Shown here one piece after another: positions 13,386 through 24,512 of a DNA stretch of 64,000 nucleotides (position 1 is the stretch's first letter; every line of letters begins with the position of its first letter). The stretch lies in contig AP026124.1 in assembly GCA_030295235.1 (NCBI GenBank), forward strand, positions 1,488,001-1,552,000. Direction: 5' to 3'. Under the pieces are notes generated by a model, which did no database searches, was not told the DNA's origin, and was given only the letters and a program-made list of their open reading frames with translations. Made by a program: the position numbers and the translations under genes. Source of the stretch: Fistulifera solaris. Its lineage: Eukaryota.

Positions 13386-14276
13386 TTACTGCAACGATAC
13401 GTCGTTCTTTTGTGACAATCGTTTCTGCTCTTCGGCTACCCATCGCTCGGCATCTTGCCAGCCTTCTTCGTATACAAATGTCAGCTCTTTCCTGGAGGAT
13501 GCTTGCGTCGCAATGCGAAAGAGACGTTCGAGCTGGCCATCGCCCTCAGCGCGTGGAGAAATGCAGTCTTCTAAAAGCGAGTCATCCAAGCCTATTTTGT
13601 GTTTGGGAAAACAGGTGACAGTAATTGTGCGATTGACATCAATATTGGCTACCGCAAAGTCTGGGCAACCGAAGCGCTCCCTCGGAACGGTGAAATAGCC
13701 ATCTACGAGCAGGCGAGGGTAACCCTGCGACGTGTCCAAAAGGAAAGGTAAATTGGTTGTAAAGAATGGAAACATTGAGGAATGACAGACCGAACGAACA
13801 AGCTCATTACGGCTGCCAAATTCTGTTTCAAATATGTTACGTGCCCGAGGAAACACCTCTCGATAAGCGATCCCTGTAATACCAGGCCGTGACATCGCGT
13901 CCTCGAACCGTTCTTCCGTGAGAAGTTCATCCAGTTTTTCTTTCAGCAAAGGCAAAAGTCGCCCCCGAGCTCCTCCCATTTGTTCACAACGATCGGAAAT
14001 ATCAATGGTGGCTTCTAAGACTTGGGTAGACGGCACTCGACTCGCGTGACTAGCACACGCAATGGCTCCGGCGGATGAGCCGGCGATCGGCGTCTCTGGG
14101 GTCAACATCTGATGGTATTCAAGAGCGCCCATCACGCCTACATGATAGGGAAGCAACAGTCCTCCAGGAGAAAACGAAAAACCAGTCTTCATTTTTGTAA
14201 AGGCTGGGCGGATGAACTGTACCTGGTAATGCTTCACCTCAAAATCGAAAATCCGATATACCCGATTACTTTGCAT
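13386..14276 (-). CDS. Patatin-like phospholipase (probable start at ATG 14192)
   Basis: FSFSPGGLLLPYHVGV Gly-rich loop, GSSAG nucleophile elbow and LVDG motif. Confidence 0.85.
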   Translation of the reverse strand: MQSNRVYRIFDFEVKHYQVQFIRPAFTKMKTGFSFSPGGLLLPYHVGVMGALEYHQMLTPETPIAGSSAGAIACASHASRVPSTQVLEATIDISDRCEQMGGARGRLLPLLKEKLDELLTEERFEDAMSRPGITGIAYREVFPRARNIFETEFGSRNELVRSVCHSSMFPFFTTNLPFLLDTSQGYPRLLVDGYFTVPRERFGCPDFAVANIDVNRTITVTCFPKHKIGLDDSLLEDCISPRAEGDGQLERLFRIATQASSRKELTFVYEEGWQDAERWVAEEQKRLSQKNDVSLQ

Positions 14277-14299
14277 TGTTTCGATCGAACCCGTAGAAG

Positions 14300-14445
14300 C
14301 GGCGTGGCGTCTTTTCGAGAAACCGTGTCCCGTGTAAGTTGATGCCTACAGTCTATTTCACTGTGATGCTTTCCAATATGTGAGTCACGAGTCTCAAAGT
14401 GGGTCCAGTCTGTCCGTGCGTCCTCCACTACGGGTACCGTTCCGA
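14300..14445 (-). repeat. Dispersed non-coding element, copy upstream of the patatin gene
   Basis: Blocks 14403-14425, 14382-14395 and 14324-14338 are reverse-complement matches to 30004-30026 (22/23), 30105-30118 and 30143-30157. Confidence 0.75.
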
Positions 14446-15310
14446 ATGTCCCTCCACTTTTTCTGCTTTCATACAAGGCACAGGATTTTTTCGACCCATT
14501 GCTCTTCACCTTCATTTCGTGCCAATGAGCGACCTTTTGAAGGCATTCAATGATCTCCTTCTCAGAAATTTCTTGTAATGATGGAGATAGTAACTCAGAG
14601 ATGTCGACGAAAATTCTAACGGAAATTCGGTTTCAGGAGGGGTTTTATCCTTTTATGAGAACGGGTCTCCTTGATGACTTTTGTCGCCGCAGTGTAATTG
14701 TCAACCCACAACGACAGAAGTGCAAGTTGCGACGTCTTTAAAACGTTGGTATACAATGATGGGTCTATCTGGAAGTTTTTAGACGCCGAAATCGCACAGT
14801 CGAAGTCTTACAATAGTTTAATATCCAAGCCAACGCTGCCAAACTAACCCTGTTGATCGGCTCGTCCGGATGAAACGCGGATTGCGAAATGCTTAATCAA
14901 AATGTTCGATCATATTTTAAAGCAACGAATCCTTTCACGCAATACACAGTCATACTCGGAGAGGTCGCGCTTTGCCACTCAGTAAGATGCTTTATTTTCC
15001 GACCGGTTTTTCTGGTGCAAAAGTGGATGCCACGTAAGAAGACGGCACGTCCACATTATTGCAAAGATATTGAGATGTTGAAACCTCGCTTGAAACGCAA
15101 CGTGTTGACTGGTTCTTCAGGATGAGACGCAGAATGTGAAATGCTTAAACACATATCCTTTCGAAGCATTTCGACTAGTTCCATATGCCATTGGGTCGCT
15201 CGATGTGCATCAAATTTGTCATAGGAGTGCATCATAAGCGAGCTGATAATACAGCGTTACGTTGACCTGGAAAATAGACCTTCAACGGCTGTAAGAATTG
15301 TTGCTATTCG

Positions 15311-16789
15311 TTATACCTTCCACACAAAAGCGTCTCCGTCCATTGAGGCCCCGCATAAACAGGTTCCGTCCTCATTAAAGGACAGATGGTTTAGTGTGGT
15401 TGAAGTTCCCAGTCTATCGGTTAACTCGACTTGATAGTTGCTTGTATCCGTGTAAAAAAACTTTCGTTTCCGACTGGAAGCAATTAACTCGTCAACCTGC
15501 AGCTCATCGATTTCTAAGTTGGATTCGTGTTCGGTTGCGACCCAACCCATGTCCGCGCACAATGCAGAGACAGGAGCGCTGGAACCCACATACTTCCGCT
15601 CAAGACACTGCAATTTAACACCGCGGAGAGTATCCAGAAGGAAATCTTGCCGAATATGCTCACGCTTCCTAGTGACTAGCGCCGAGACGAATAGTCGATC
15701 TCCGCCGACTGCTGAAAGCTTGTATCGCGTCACATCCTGACACCTGGATGGTATCAAATTATCATAAGAAGAAAGTGGCGACGAGGGACAGGCAACATCC
15801 TTGGGATAAGACGGAAGTAGAATTGCGCTGCAAGAGGATCTTGTATTTCGTAGATCCCATACACAAACAAGAGTCCGGTCAAAGTTTTCTCGAACGGTTG
15901 CTACGCTTCTGTCCGTAAGAAAACAGCCTCCTTTAAAATCCATCATTGTATCCTTCTTTTCATCAATGGAAAAGTAGATTGCGTTCTGTGACAGATGAAG
16001 GCGAGTATCACAAAGAGTTATACCAAAATAATCATTAGGATCTCCCATGTGCAAAGCTTGAATATTCCCTGTAGAATGTTCCCAAAAATCCCAACACTGG
16101 ATGGCCTGTAGCGGCTGACAATCCAGATTATCCCATTGGTATATTTCTGGCAGTGCTGTCGATAAGAACAGGTCATCGATTTGTTCTTGCAAACTAGCGA
16201 ACCTGCCATGGTAGCGACGCATTGCTCTTCTTGCTGTCCATCCTTGTTGTATAAAAGAAGAATTGTGATTTGCAGTCAAACTGATCTTCTTTTCGAGGAA
16301 CTGGTTGGTTCTTCCTGTGCTCCACCACTTTGCTGACTGGATCGGTGTCGACGATAACTTGCCGTATTCTGTGTCGTACAACTGAAGATCACCTGTAGGC
16401 ATGCCTACCGCGATCGATTGTCCTCTCCCAAAGCTACGACAATCAAAATGGCGAAAAAGCCAGCTGGAGGACGGAAAACTTCCCAGTTTCAAAGAACATT
16501 CCAGTGTTGTCTTGTCATTACAGACCTTCCCCCTCAAGCGAATGATATCTAAGATCCCATTCGAAGCGCAAGCCATGATTGTATCGCGATTATCAACAAA
16601 CCAGCATCCGCAATAGGGACTCATGGACGAATTTCGATACAAATGATCCACATTGTTGCGACGTGCTGCGATCTTTTCGCGGAAACGCCTTTTAACGAGT
16701 TTGTTGGCGAAATCTTTTCTAGATTTTTGCGACTCACTATGCGTGGAAATTGTGTCAGTTGTCTCAAACAGGTTGGAGGAACTTTTCAT
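15311..16789 (-). CDS. Hypothetical protein with degenerate WD40-like repeats
   Basis: Intact 492-aa ORF containing VCVWDLR and LSFNEDGTCLCGASMDGDAFVWKV. Confidence 0.55.
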   Translation of the reverse strand: MKSSSNLFETTDTISTHSESQKSRKDFANKLVKRRFREKIAARRNNVDHLYRNSSMSPYCGCWFVDNRDTIMACASNGILDIIRLRGKVCNDKTTLECSLKLGSFPSSSWLFRHFDCRSFGRGQSIAVGMPTGDLQLYDTEYGKLSSTPIQSAKWWSTGRTNQFLEKKISLTANHNSSFIQQGWTARRAMRRYHGRFASLQEQIDDLFLSTALPEIYQWDNLDCQPLQAIQCWDFWEHSTGNIQALHMGDPNDYFGITLCDTRLHLSQNAIYFSIDEKKDTMMDFKGGCFLTDRSVATVRENFDRTLVCVWDLRNTRSSCSAILLPSYPKDVACPSSPLSSYDNLIPSRCQDVTRYKLSAVGGDRLFVSALVTRKREHIRQDFLLDTLRGVKLQCLERKYVGSSAPVSALCADMGWVATEHESNLEIDELQVDELIASSRKRKFFYTDTSNYQVELTDRLGTSTTLNHLSFNEDGTCLCGASMDGDAFVWKV

Positions 16790-17149
16790 GATAGTTCCTT
16801 CTTTTCATTTCTTTAGATTCTTGTTGACGTTCAGATTGAGTGGCTATTGTTATCTTCGTCTTCGTCTAAATTTTGTCGTCATTGATGTCTGCTGTTGGAG
16901 TGAGAAATGGGGTGTCGGTAGTCGGTACCCTGGCGCTAATCCGGTACCGGGTACCGGTACCGACTGTATCCGTTGAAGCTTATTTCTACCGCAACCATGT
17001 TTTGTACTATGCTGCAAGAGTGCCTCAAGACTACATCACAGCATACAACAACACAACTCGCACCTCGCACGCCTACAAGGGTATGCTCTTTTGAGGTTGC
17101 CTAAAAAAAATTGCGCTGTGCCTCTCATTTGTGTTGATGCAATAATAGC

Positions 17150-18265
17150 ATGGAAGCTCCAGAAACAGCCCCCAAGTAATTGCTCTTCCAGATCCCCCCA
17201 ACCGATGGTATCACAAGTCTCCGTTATTTGTTAGGCGCACCGAAATCACTGTTAGCGTCGACCAGCTGGGATGGAAGCGTGCGAGTACACGATACAGCGG
17301 AACATCGGCGCGTTTTCTCTCATGCGATGGAAAGCGGTCCTTTGTTAAGTCTCACGACGATTGACAGTAATGATCGTCGACATTCGCTAGTAACGGGTGG
17401 AATGGACGGATCGATTCGATCGGTTGATCTGGAGACGTCAACTGTAGAGATCATCGGAAGTCACACGGAAAGTGAGACTCCTTCTTGCTCGTGTCTCTTT
17501 TCCTTAGCAAATTCCAGTTCTCCATCGCTGATTGCCTCGGCAGGATGGGACAAGCAATTTCATATCTGGGATATTCGTAAAAGGGACAACCCGCTGTGAC
17601 TGTTGCTCTTCCGGGCAAAGCATATTCGATGGATTTAGACCCCAAACACAATCGAGTTGCCTTGGCTACTTCAGGCCGGCGTACTTGCTTCATAGATATA
17701 CGCAGTGGTACTGAGGCAGAGCTCGTACTGGATCGCGAATCCACTCTGAAATATCAAATGAGATGTATTCGATTCTTTCCGGAAGGTGATGGCATTGCTG
17801 TAGGCTCTGTCGAAGGCCGAGTGGCTGTCGAATACTTGGAGGAGTTAGTTCCCAAATCCAATACCAAGTTGAGTAAATATGCATTCAAGTGTCATCGATC
17901 CGGCGATGTTGTGTATCCCGTGAATTGCATCGAGTTTCACCCACGATTCGGCACCTTTGCCACTGCTGGTTGTGATGGATGTGTCGGTAAGTGCGCTGTC
18001 ATGTCGTCAATTTCTCTAATAATGTTTTCTCATATTTACGAGCTCGATCTTCTTAGCTCTTTGGGATGGGCAGAATAAGAAGAAATTGACGACTTTGCCC
18101 AAAATGCCGACATCCATCTCCGCGCTCGCTTTCAACAGAGACGGCCAAGAGCTGGCGATCGCTTCGAGCTATACCTTTGAGGATGGCGAACGCGAACACC
18201 CTCATGACGAAATTTATATTAGAAAGATGCTTGACTCAGAGTGCATGCCCAAAACTGCAACGTAA
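17150..18265 (+). CDS. BUB3: Mitotic checkpoint WD40 protein BUB3; intron 17987-18056; apparent indels
   Basis: STSWDGSVR, LKYQMRCI, GSVEGRVAVEY, YAFKCHR and YPVNCIEFHP. The spliced last exon reads WDGQNKKKL...LAIASSYTFE. Confidence 0.88.
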
Positions 18266-18356
18266 TATAAAAAAATTTTAACAAGCAAATTAGCTCGCAT
18301 GGTAAAAGCTACCAAGCAGGGTTATCCTGTCTACAGTCTCCCTGGAGCGGAATACT

Positions 18357-19139
18357 TTATATTAAACCTACGGCTTCAGCAAATCGGTTCACTTTTCGCT
18401 GCGTCGATTCGGTGATTTCGTCCCAGTAATTCATTATCGAGCTTCGTCTTAACGTTTCTTGGCGTTGTTGCCTAATCTTCAACGCTTCTAACCAAGCTTG
18501 ATTCACTTCATCCGTCGAAAAGCCTCGGTGTTGCTCTAGTATTTGCTTGCGGTCCTTGTACGAAAGCTTTAGTTCTCTCCGTTTGCGCCTTGGTTCTCGG
18601 TCTCTTTCATACTCGTCTAAACTAATCTTCTTCGTGATTTCTTGAGAATAATCGAGCGACACTGGAGGGCCTGATACAGCGGAAGGATGATCTCCAAGTG
18701 TCATGTAAAATTCGTGTATTTCTAAGCAATCAAATCCTACCGACCGACGATTTGATGGGGCTCGATCTGGTTCTTCTGTGCTGTGTGTTGACGATATGAA
18801 AGGTGCGCAATGGCAGTTCGCGCACCCCTCTATGAGAGCATTTGAAAGCTGTTCGAAGAAACCGACCGGAACTTCTACTCCTTCGTCAGCTGTCTCATCA
18901 TAGTCGCATTTGCTTTCTTCAAGGATTGCGTCGTCATTTCTCTCCGAGATCGCTTTGGTTGAGGATTCACAATTCATTTTCAGGACAACGCGTTGGTTAC
19001 TGTCTGAAAAATATTCTATTTCTATACTCCCAAAAGGTGCGCATCCGTTTGGTTGTCCACCAGCTGGATCGTCGTCTGCTCCGGCTGCGCCGATCGTCTT
19101 TGGTCTTTTGTTATCATTCGAACGACTACTGGTAACCAA
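18357..19139 (-). CDS. Hypothetical protein with SVGF...LGDHPS.GPPVSL motif; start uncertain
   Basis: 260-aa ORF with the motif block RRSVGFDCLEIHEFYMTLGDHPSAVSGPPVSLDY...LDEYE. Confidence 0.6.
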   Translation of the reverse strand: MVTSSRSNDNKRPKTIGAAGADDDPAGGQPNGCAPFGSIEIEYFSDSNQRVVLKMNCESSTKAISERNDDAILEESKCDYDETADEGVEVPVGFFEQLSNALIEGCANCHCAPFISSTHSTEEPDRAPSNRRSVGFDCLEIHEFYMTLGDHPSAVSGPPVSLDYSQEITKKISLDEYERDREPRRKRRELKLSYKDRKQILEQHRGFSTDEVNQAWLEALKIRQQRQETLRRSSIMNYWDEITESTQRKVNRFAEAVGLI

Positions 19140-19643
19140 GAATTCAGCTGAAGAAAGTTTAAGAAATCCGTTCTTGTCAAGATGACTTTTGTTCTTGTAG
19201 ACACAAGGCTTTCAAATTTCGTCTCTCAACGAATGCAAGATGGCGGGCATGGCCGGAGTTGCACAAAGAACAGATCGTCAATTTATTTAGCCATGACGTT
19301 TGTGTCGACTTACGTCACAAAATGCTTTCAACGGAAAGATATGCGAGTGTTATTTAATGGCATTGCATAAGATATTTCCGTTGATTAGAATGCACTTGTC
19401 GTTACTTAGAGATGTCTACTTAGTTGCACTCACTGCGACATTGAAAAAATGACCGCGCGAAAGAATGTTGGTCCTTGTACTTTTTGTAACTGGTACGACA
19501 CATACTCTTTCATTCCTTTTCATTTTCTCATATATTGCTTGTTTAATGCAGGCTAATCATAGTCTTGAGATCGCTGCAACTAAAATCCCATTTCAGAAGC
19601 CCAGAGCCATCATTTCGGTTGCGGCAGTCAGACTTATCCCCTC

Positions 19644-21077
19644 ATGAACGGAACGAATACTGCACCAAAACGAAGGGGTCCAACGAACAAGCCTGAAGTG
19701 AATTTCCTGGAAAACAATAAGCTGACTCATCAGTATTCTGTATCCTCCGATTATAACGAAAAGACCCCCCAGAACGTTACGTCGAAACCATCAGTGTCTT
19801 TGAGCAGTTTTTTCTTTGCAATAATCGTACTTTTCTTAGCGTTCGCTACCCCAACTTTTGTACAACATCGCAACAACCGACGGGGTCGAGCAATGGAAAC
19901 TGAGAGAAGTCTGATACACGATGATTTGACTAGTGGTACAGATGTTAAGGTGGACCCATGCTCTGAACAAACTTTGAGAGATTTTTGGAGCGATTTCGCA
20001 ACTCCAGGTTACCATATTATTTGTTTGAAACGATCCCGTAAATCCGAAGACGCATTTATTCAGGCCAATTTCTACGAAAATGGACTCAAAGCGCGTGAGA
20101 ATACTGTGATTCTCCCTCTCAATTTAAACTGGGAGTCATTAAAGCAGTCTTTTGTGGAAAACTTGGGCTTACAACAGAGCATTTCGGACCTCCAGCCATG
20201 GGCACTCTATTCAACCACTGGTGTTCGTCTGGTAAGCGAAGACGAGCAAGAACCTCTAGCTGGTCAGTATCCCAACAGGCTGGCTGAGTATGGAGTATTT
20301 CTACTATTTGAAGGCGGTCAATTCATTTGGCCCGGTGTCCGCATCGGTTTCCGTCGCTCTGTTGACCTTTACTCTGTCATGCCTCCAGAGAGTCCTGATC
20401 TAAGTGATCGTCACCGTGAAGTTGTGCTTGAAACATTGTCCGTCAAACCTTTGGTTCTTTCTGTTACCGGATTTCTGACTACTGAAGAGTGTCAACACAT
20501 ACAAAGACTTGCAGAGCCGTCGATGGAATACTCAGAGGTCGTTCTCATGGACAAAGATGCTGGAAGACCTGCATCCGACTTTCGAACATCACAGACAACA
20601 TTTTTGCGGTCTACGGATGATTTCATGGTGGATATTGACTATCGAACGTCGAGCTTAGTACGCCTGCCCCGAAGTCACCAAGAGTCGGTTCAGGTGCTCC
20701 GGTACGGACTTGGTGAAAAATATGACAATCACCATGATTATTTTGATCCTAGGGCTTATCAAAACGACCAGAGAACATTAAGTCGCATCAAAAACGGACG
20801 AAAGAATAGAATGGTGACAGTATTCTGGTATTTGAGTAACGTCGTGTCAGGCGGAGAGACAGTCTTTCCTCGCTTCAACGGAGGAAGGGAAAAGAATATG
20901 AAAGACTGCGAAACGGGTCTAAAGGTGAAGCCAGAGGTGGGAAAGGTGATTATCTTTTATAGCATGACACCGGATGGTAAGCTGGATCCTTCCAGCCTCC
21001 ATGGGGCGTGTCCAGTACAGGAAGGCATTAAATGGGCTGCAAACAAATGGGTATGGAATGAGCCTATGAGATTTTGA
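19644..21077 (+). CDS. Prolyl 4-hydroxylase (2OG-Fe(II) dioxygenase), type II membrane protein
   Basis: N-terminal TM segment, then RTSQTTFL, QVLRY...HHDYF, GGETVFP and LHGACPV...KWAANKW. Confidence 0.9.
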   Translation: MNGTNTAPKRRGPTNKPEVNFLENNKLTHQYSVSSDYNEKTPQNVTSKPSVSLSSFFFAIIVLFLAFATPTFVQHRNNRRGRAMETERSLIHDDLTSGTDVKVDPCSEQTLRDFWSDFATPGYHIICLKRSRKSEDAFIQANFYENGLKARENTVILPLNLNWESLKQSFVENLGLQQSISDLQPWALYSTTGVRLVSEDEQEPLAGQYPNRLAEYGVFLLFEGGQFIWPGVRIGFRRSVDLYSVMPPESPDLSDRHREVVLETLSVKPLVLSVTGFLTTEECQHIQRLAEPSMEYSEVVLMDKDAGRPASDFRTSQTTFLRSTDDFMVDIDYRTSSLVRLPRSHQESVQVLRYGLGEKYDNHHDYFDPRAYQNDQRTLSRIKNGRKNRMVTVFWYLSNVVSGGETVFPRFNGGREKNMKDCETGLKVKPEVGKVIIFYSMTPDGKLDPSSLHGACPVQEGIKWAANKWVWNEPMRF

Positions 21078-21423
21078 ATGCGGTTCAGGATAGTACTAGT
21101 TGTTGATCAGTTGATCATAGCTTCAAAGCAATATAGCTTTTTATCTATTCACCTAGACTATTTTTAGTTTGATTAGAGAGAGCTCTTGAATTAAGATCGT
21201 CACTTGTAGCTGTTTAGTCCCAACGGATAGCTAATAACGTCTATCCCACGTCTTCTAGACTGAATACTACTTCAACGGACAGCGTTAGATCGCATCATCA
21301 TTCGGCTGTTCGGTGAAGGAGTACCGCATCCCATTTTGAATGGCAAGTGGCGAACCCAACAGCCGACAGTCCTTAAAGCGACGTGTTCTGTTGACATCAT
21401 TAAACAAAACAGATGCTCTGACC

Positions 21424-23074
21424 ATGAGCAGCACAGCGACCCCTTACTATCAACAAGGGTCGTACCCTCAGCCACTTGTGGTAAGAGGGACGTATGTTGC
21501 ACCGGATCAAGGTATCGCCAAATACGCTAGAGATTCGCAATCTGGAGTGTACGTGAATAACAATGCAAGTCGTCTTTACGATGAAGGACTAAGAGTAACC
21601 GATCTGAAGCCCGATGCCCCAGCCGGACGTCCCTGTCGCGATGTGTTTTGGGGACTTCTGTTTTATGCACATGTATTCCTTTTGGCGGGCCTGGCTTTCA
21701 TATTCACGCCGACTATGATTCAAGACGTCGCCGAAGGCGTCGAACATGGCGGACAACGAATGCTGCGGATGCTAGAGGAAGGGAACTACGGCAACGAAAA
21801 CAGTGACTTTGATGTTAGTCCTATAGCTCTTGTTGTGTCACTTTGTTTGTCGAGTGTGTACGCACTGGGCGTCTCAACTCTAGCACTTGGTTTCATGATC
21901 TCCTTTGCCGAAGTTCTCATCAAGCTCGCTCTTTTCTTTAATATAATTTTCTTTGGGGTACTTGCCATTTTTTTCTTTCCTCGGAGGGGCGATTGGTGCG
22001 GCTCTCATGTGCCTTCTTATGAGTGCGTTTTCGGCTTATTATGCGTACCGAGTGTGGGATCGGATACCGTTTGCGGCTGCCAATTTGGTGACAGCACTTA
22101 CGGCCGTCCGTGCCAATATGGGCCTCGCATGTTACGCATATTTGTCTTTGGTGATTCTTTTTAGTTGGAGTTTCTTCTGGGCGATAAGTTCGATCTCTAC
22201 CATGTATGTTTTGGGAGGGTGCAACCCGCAGCTCGAATGTCAGAATGAAGTCGGTTCGTCGATCATCTTCTTGTTCCTGATTAGCTACTATTGGACGATT
22301 CAAGTCATTTCCAATGTAGTGCACGTCACAACCAGTGGTACCGTTGGTACATGGTGGATGATGCCGGAAGAAGCAAATGGATGCTGCTCACAAGCTGTGC
22401 GAGATTCGTACTGTCGAAGCATGACAACATCCTTTGGAAGCATCTGTTTAGGAAGTTTGATTGTAGCGGTTTTACAAGCGATCAAGGAGGTTCTTCACCA
22501 TGCAAGAGAAGAACATGGTAGTGCTCTAGCGTGCTGCGCTGAATGTATTATTGGTTGCGTGGAAAGTCTAATGGAATATTTTAACAAGTGGGCTTTTCGG
22601 TACGTTCGTCAGCGTACCAGTTCAAGTTATCCTAGTCGCACTCACACACGAATCATCGAACGATCTAAAGTCTATGTTGGGCTTTATGGCTTCAGGTTTG
22701 TAGAAGCGGGTGGCAATGTCATGAAACTCTTTAGGGAACGAGGATGGACAAGTATCATTACTGATTACATGATCGACACGGTGTTGTTTATGGTTAGTTT
22801 GGGGATCGCGATTCTCGTTGGCATTTTGGCGATGTTAACGAGTGTTATCCAGGGTGACAGTGACGGAGGAAAGCTAGGCCTGTCGTTTGTCATTGGATTC
22901 ATTGTCGGATACAGTATGTGCACGACCCTCTTTTCAGTTGTCAGTAGCGCTGTCAACACGGTAATCGTGTGCTACGCAGAATCGCCAAATGAGTTCCAAG
23001 CCAACCACCCGGAACTGTCTAATAACATGAGGGCTGCATGGCGTAGAACTTGGCCCAATGAATTTAATTACTAG
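21424..23074 (+). CDS. Choline transporter-like (CTL/SLC44/PNS1) protein; intron about 22600-22670; frameshift near 21970
   Basis: RDVFWGLLF, RIPFAAANL, TTSFGSICLGSLIVA, YFNKWAF and YVGLYG motifs with multiple TM helices. Confidence 0.88.
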
Positions 23075-23189
23075 TGGGGAGTCCCATGTTGTTTACTAGA
23101 CCGATTTAAAGGAAGTAAAGACCGAAAAATACACCTGTTTACGGAATTCGCACCACGCCCTTGTAAGAAATTACTCGCTACAAATTGAC

Positions 23190-24095
23190 TTACAGAGTTG
23201 TCTCGTGTCTTTTCTGCTCCCGCTCTCGTGCCTGTTCGGCAGTAAGAATCAGTACCCCATCAAGATCACAGAACACAATATCATTCGGTCGACATTCCGC
23301 ATCTCCCAGGCGAACTAATACCTGTGATTGACCTTCCCCGTTCCGCTTGGACTTTCGCGGTGTGGAACCCAAGGCCATAATTCCTAGCTTTATTTTCGAC
23401 AGTGGCGCAACATCGCGTACACAACCATGTATCAGGATGCCGGCCCAGTTGTTTTCTTGGGCTTTGCTTGCCAGCATATCACCGAGCAATGCGCAGCGCA
23501 TAGAAGCTCCACCATCCACCACCAAAACGCTTCTTTTTCCATCTGTTTCTACAAGCTCCTTGACACGAGAGTTATCTTCGAAGCACTTGACTGTTACGAC
23601 TGGTCCGTAAAACTGTTTGATACCTCCGAAGGATTGCCACGCTACAGTCGGCACCCGCGCTGCATCTAAAAACTCATCGTACAAATCACAGGTCGGAACG
23701 AAACCTGCTTCATAGGACGATTTCGTCGACAACTTTCTCTTTTCCGGTGGCGAATGGTTGGTGTCGCCGCCATTATTGAACATCTCCATTTCCTGGAGAT
23801 GATCTTCGTGTCGTATCCTTACATGATATTGGACACCGGAACTATCGCCGAACTGGTAGGTCACTCTCTTTTTGCATTTCAAGCACCATGCATCGACGGC
23901 ATCTTTCGATTCCCAGCTTTTTTCTGGATCTAAGCGCGGCGCAATGAGTTGTATGAAGTCCCAATACGTTGTGCCCACGGCAGAAATGCTGGCCTGTTTC
24001 ATCGGAAAAAGTAGTCTGGGGTCGATGTGATGGGGCTCGTGCGGACTTCCTTCTTCTTGTCGCCCGATTCTTTCGTCACAGGATAAATCACTCAT
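23190..24095 (-). CDS. RraA-like/HMG aldolase domain fused to an N-terminal BED-type zinc finger
   Basis: The C-terminal part has TCDLYD, TVKCFEDNS, VLVVDGGAS, ALLGD and GCVRD (RraA). The N-terminal part has YWDF...WCLKC...YHVRIRH (C2H2, BED-like). Confidence 0.8.
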   Translation of the reverse strand: MSDLSCDERIGRQEEGSPHEPHHIDPRLLFPMKQASISAVGTTYWDFIQLIAPRLDPEKSWESKDAVDAWCLKCKKRVTYQFGDSSGVQYHVRIRHEDHLQEMEMFNNGGDTNHSPPEKRKLSTKSSYEAGFVPTCDLYDEFLDAARVPTVAWQSFGGIKQFYGPVVTVKCFEDNSRVKELVETDGKRSVLVVDGGASMRCALLGDMLASKAQENNWAGILIHGCVRDVAPLSKIKLGIMALGSTPRKSKRNGEGQSQVLVRLGDAECRPNDIVFCDLDGVLILTAEQAREREQKRHETTL

Positions 24096-24512
24096 CTCCG
24101 TGAGTTTAATGACAAACAAAAAAATCAATGGTAATAATGCAATCAATTGCCTTTATGCACATCCATGACAACAATGCGTTAAGGTTTTCTGTACCGGTAT
24201 CTGTACCAGGTAGTAAAACGTTGGGGTGTCTACCGGTAATTTGTACGTAGTACAAAGTAGTGACACAATCGAAAATCAGTCGTGTGGTGGTATCGCATCG
24301 GTACACACATCAAAGAGGTCTTTTCCGTTTTCGTCATTGACGGCCGTTTTCACAAAACTGCGAAACCGAAGAATGAAAACTATACCATGAGAGAAAACGC
24401 AAAAGTAAAACATGAAAGACCCGTTTTCAACTATTTCTATCGTGCAGCGATACCATGATTCGGCATCATGAAAGGCTCACAATTTTATTTTTATTCTTGG
24501 ACGAAAAATATC

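Noticed and set aside
14450..15300. Short ORFs in an 850-bp spacer as a transposase relic
   Set aside because: No motif, TIR or repeat that I could support.
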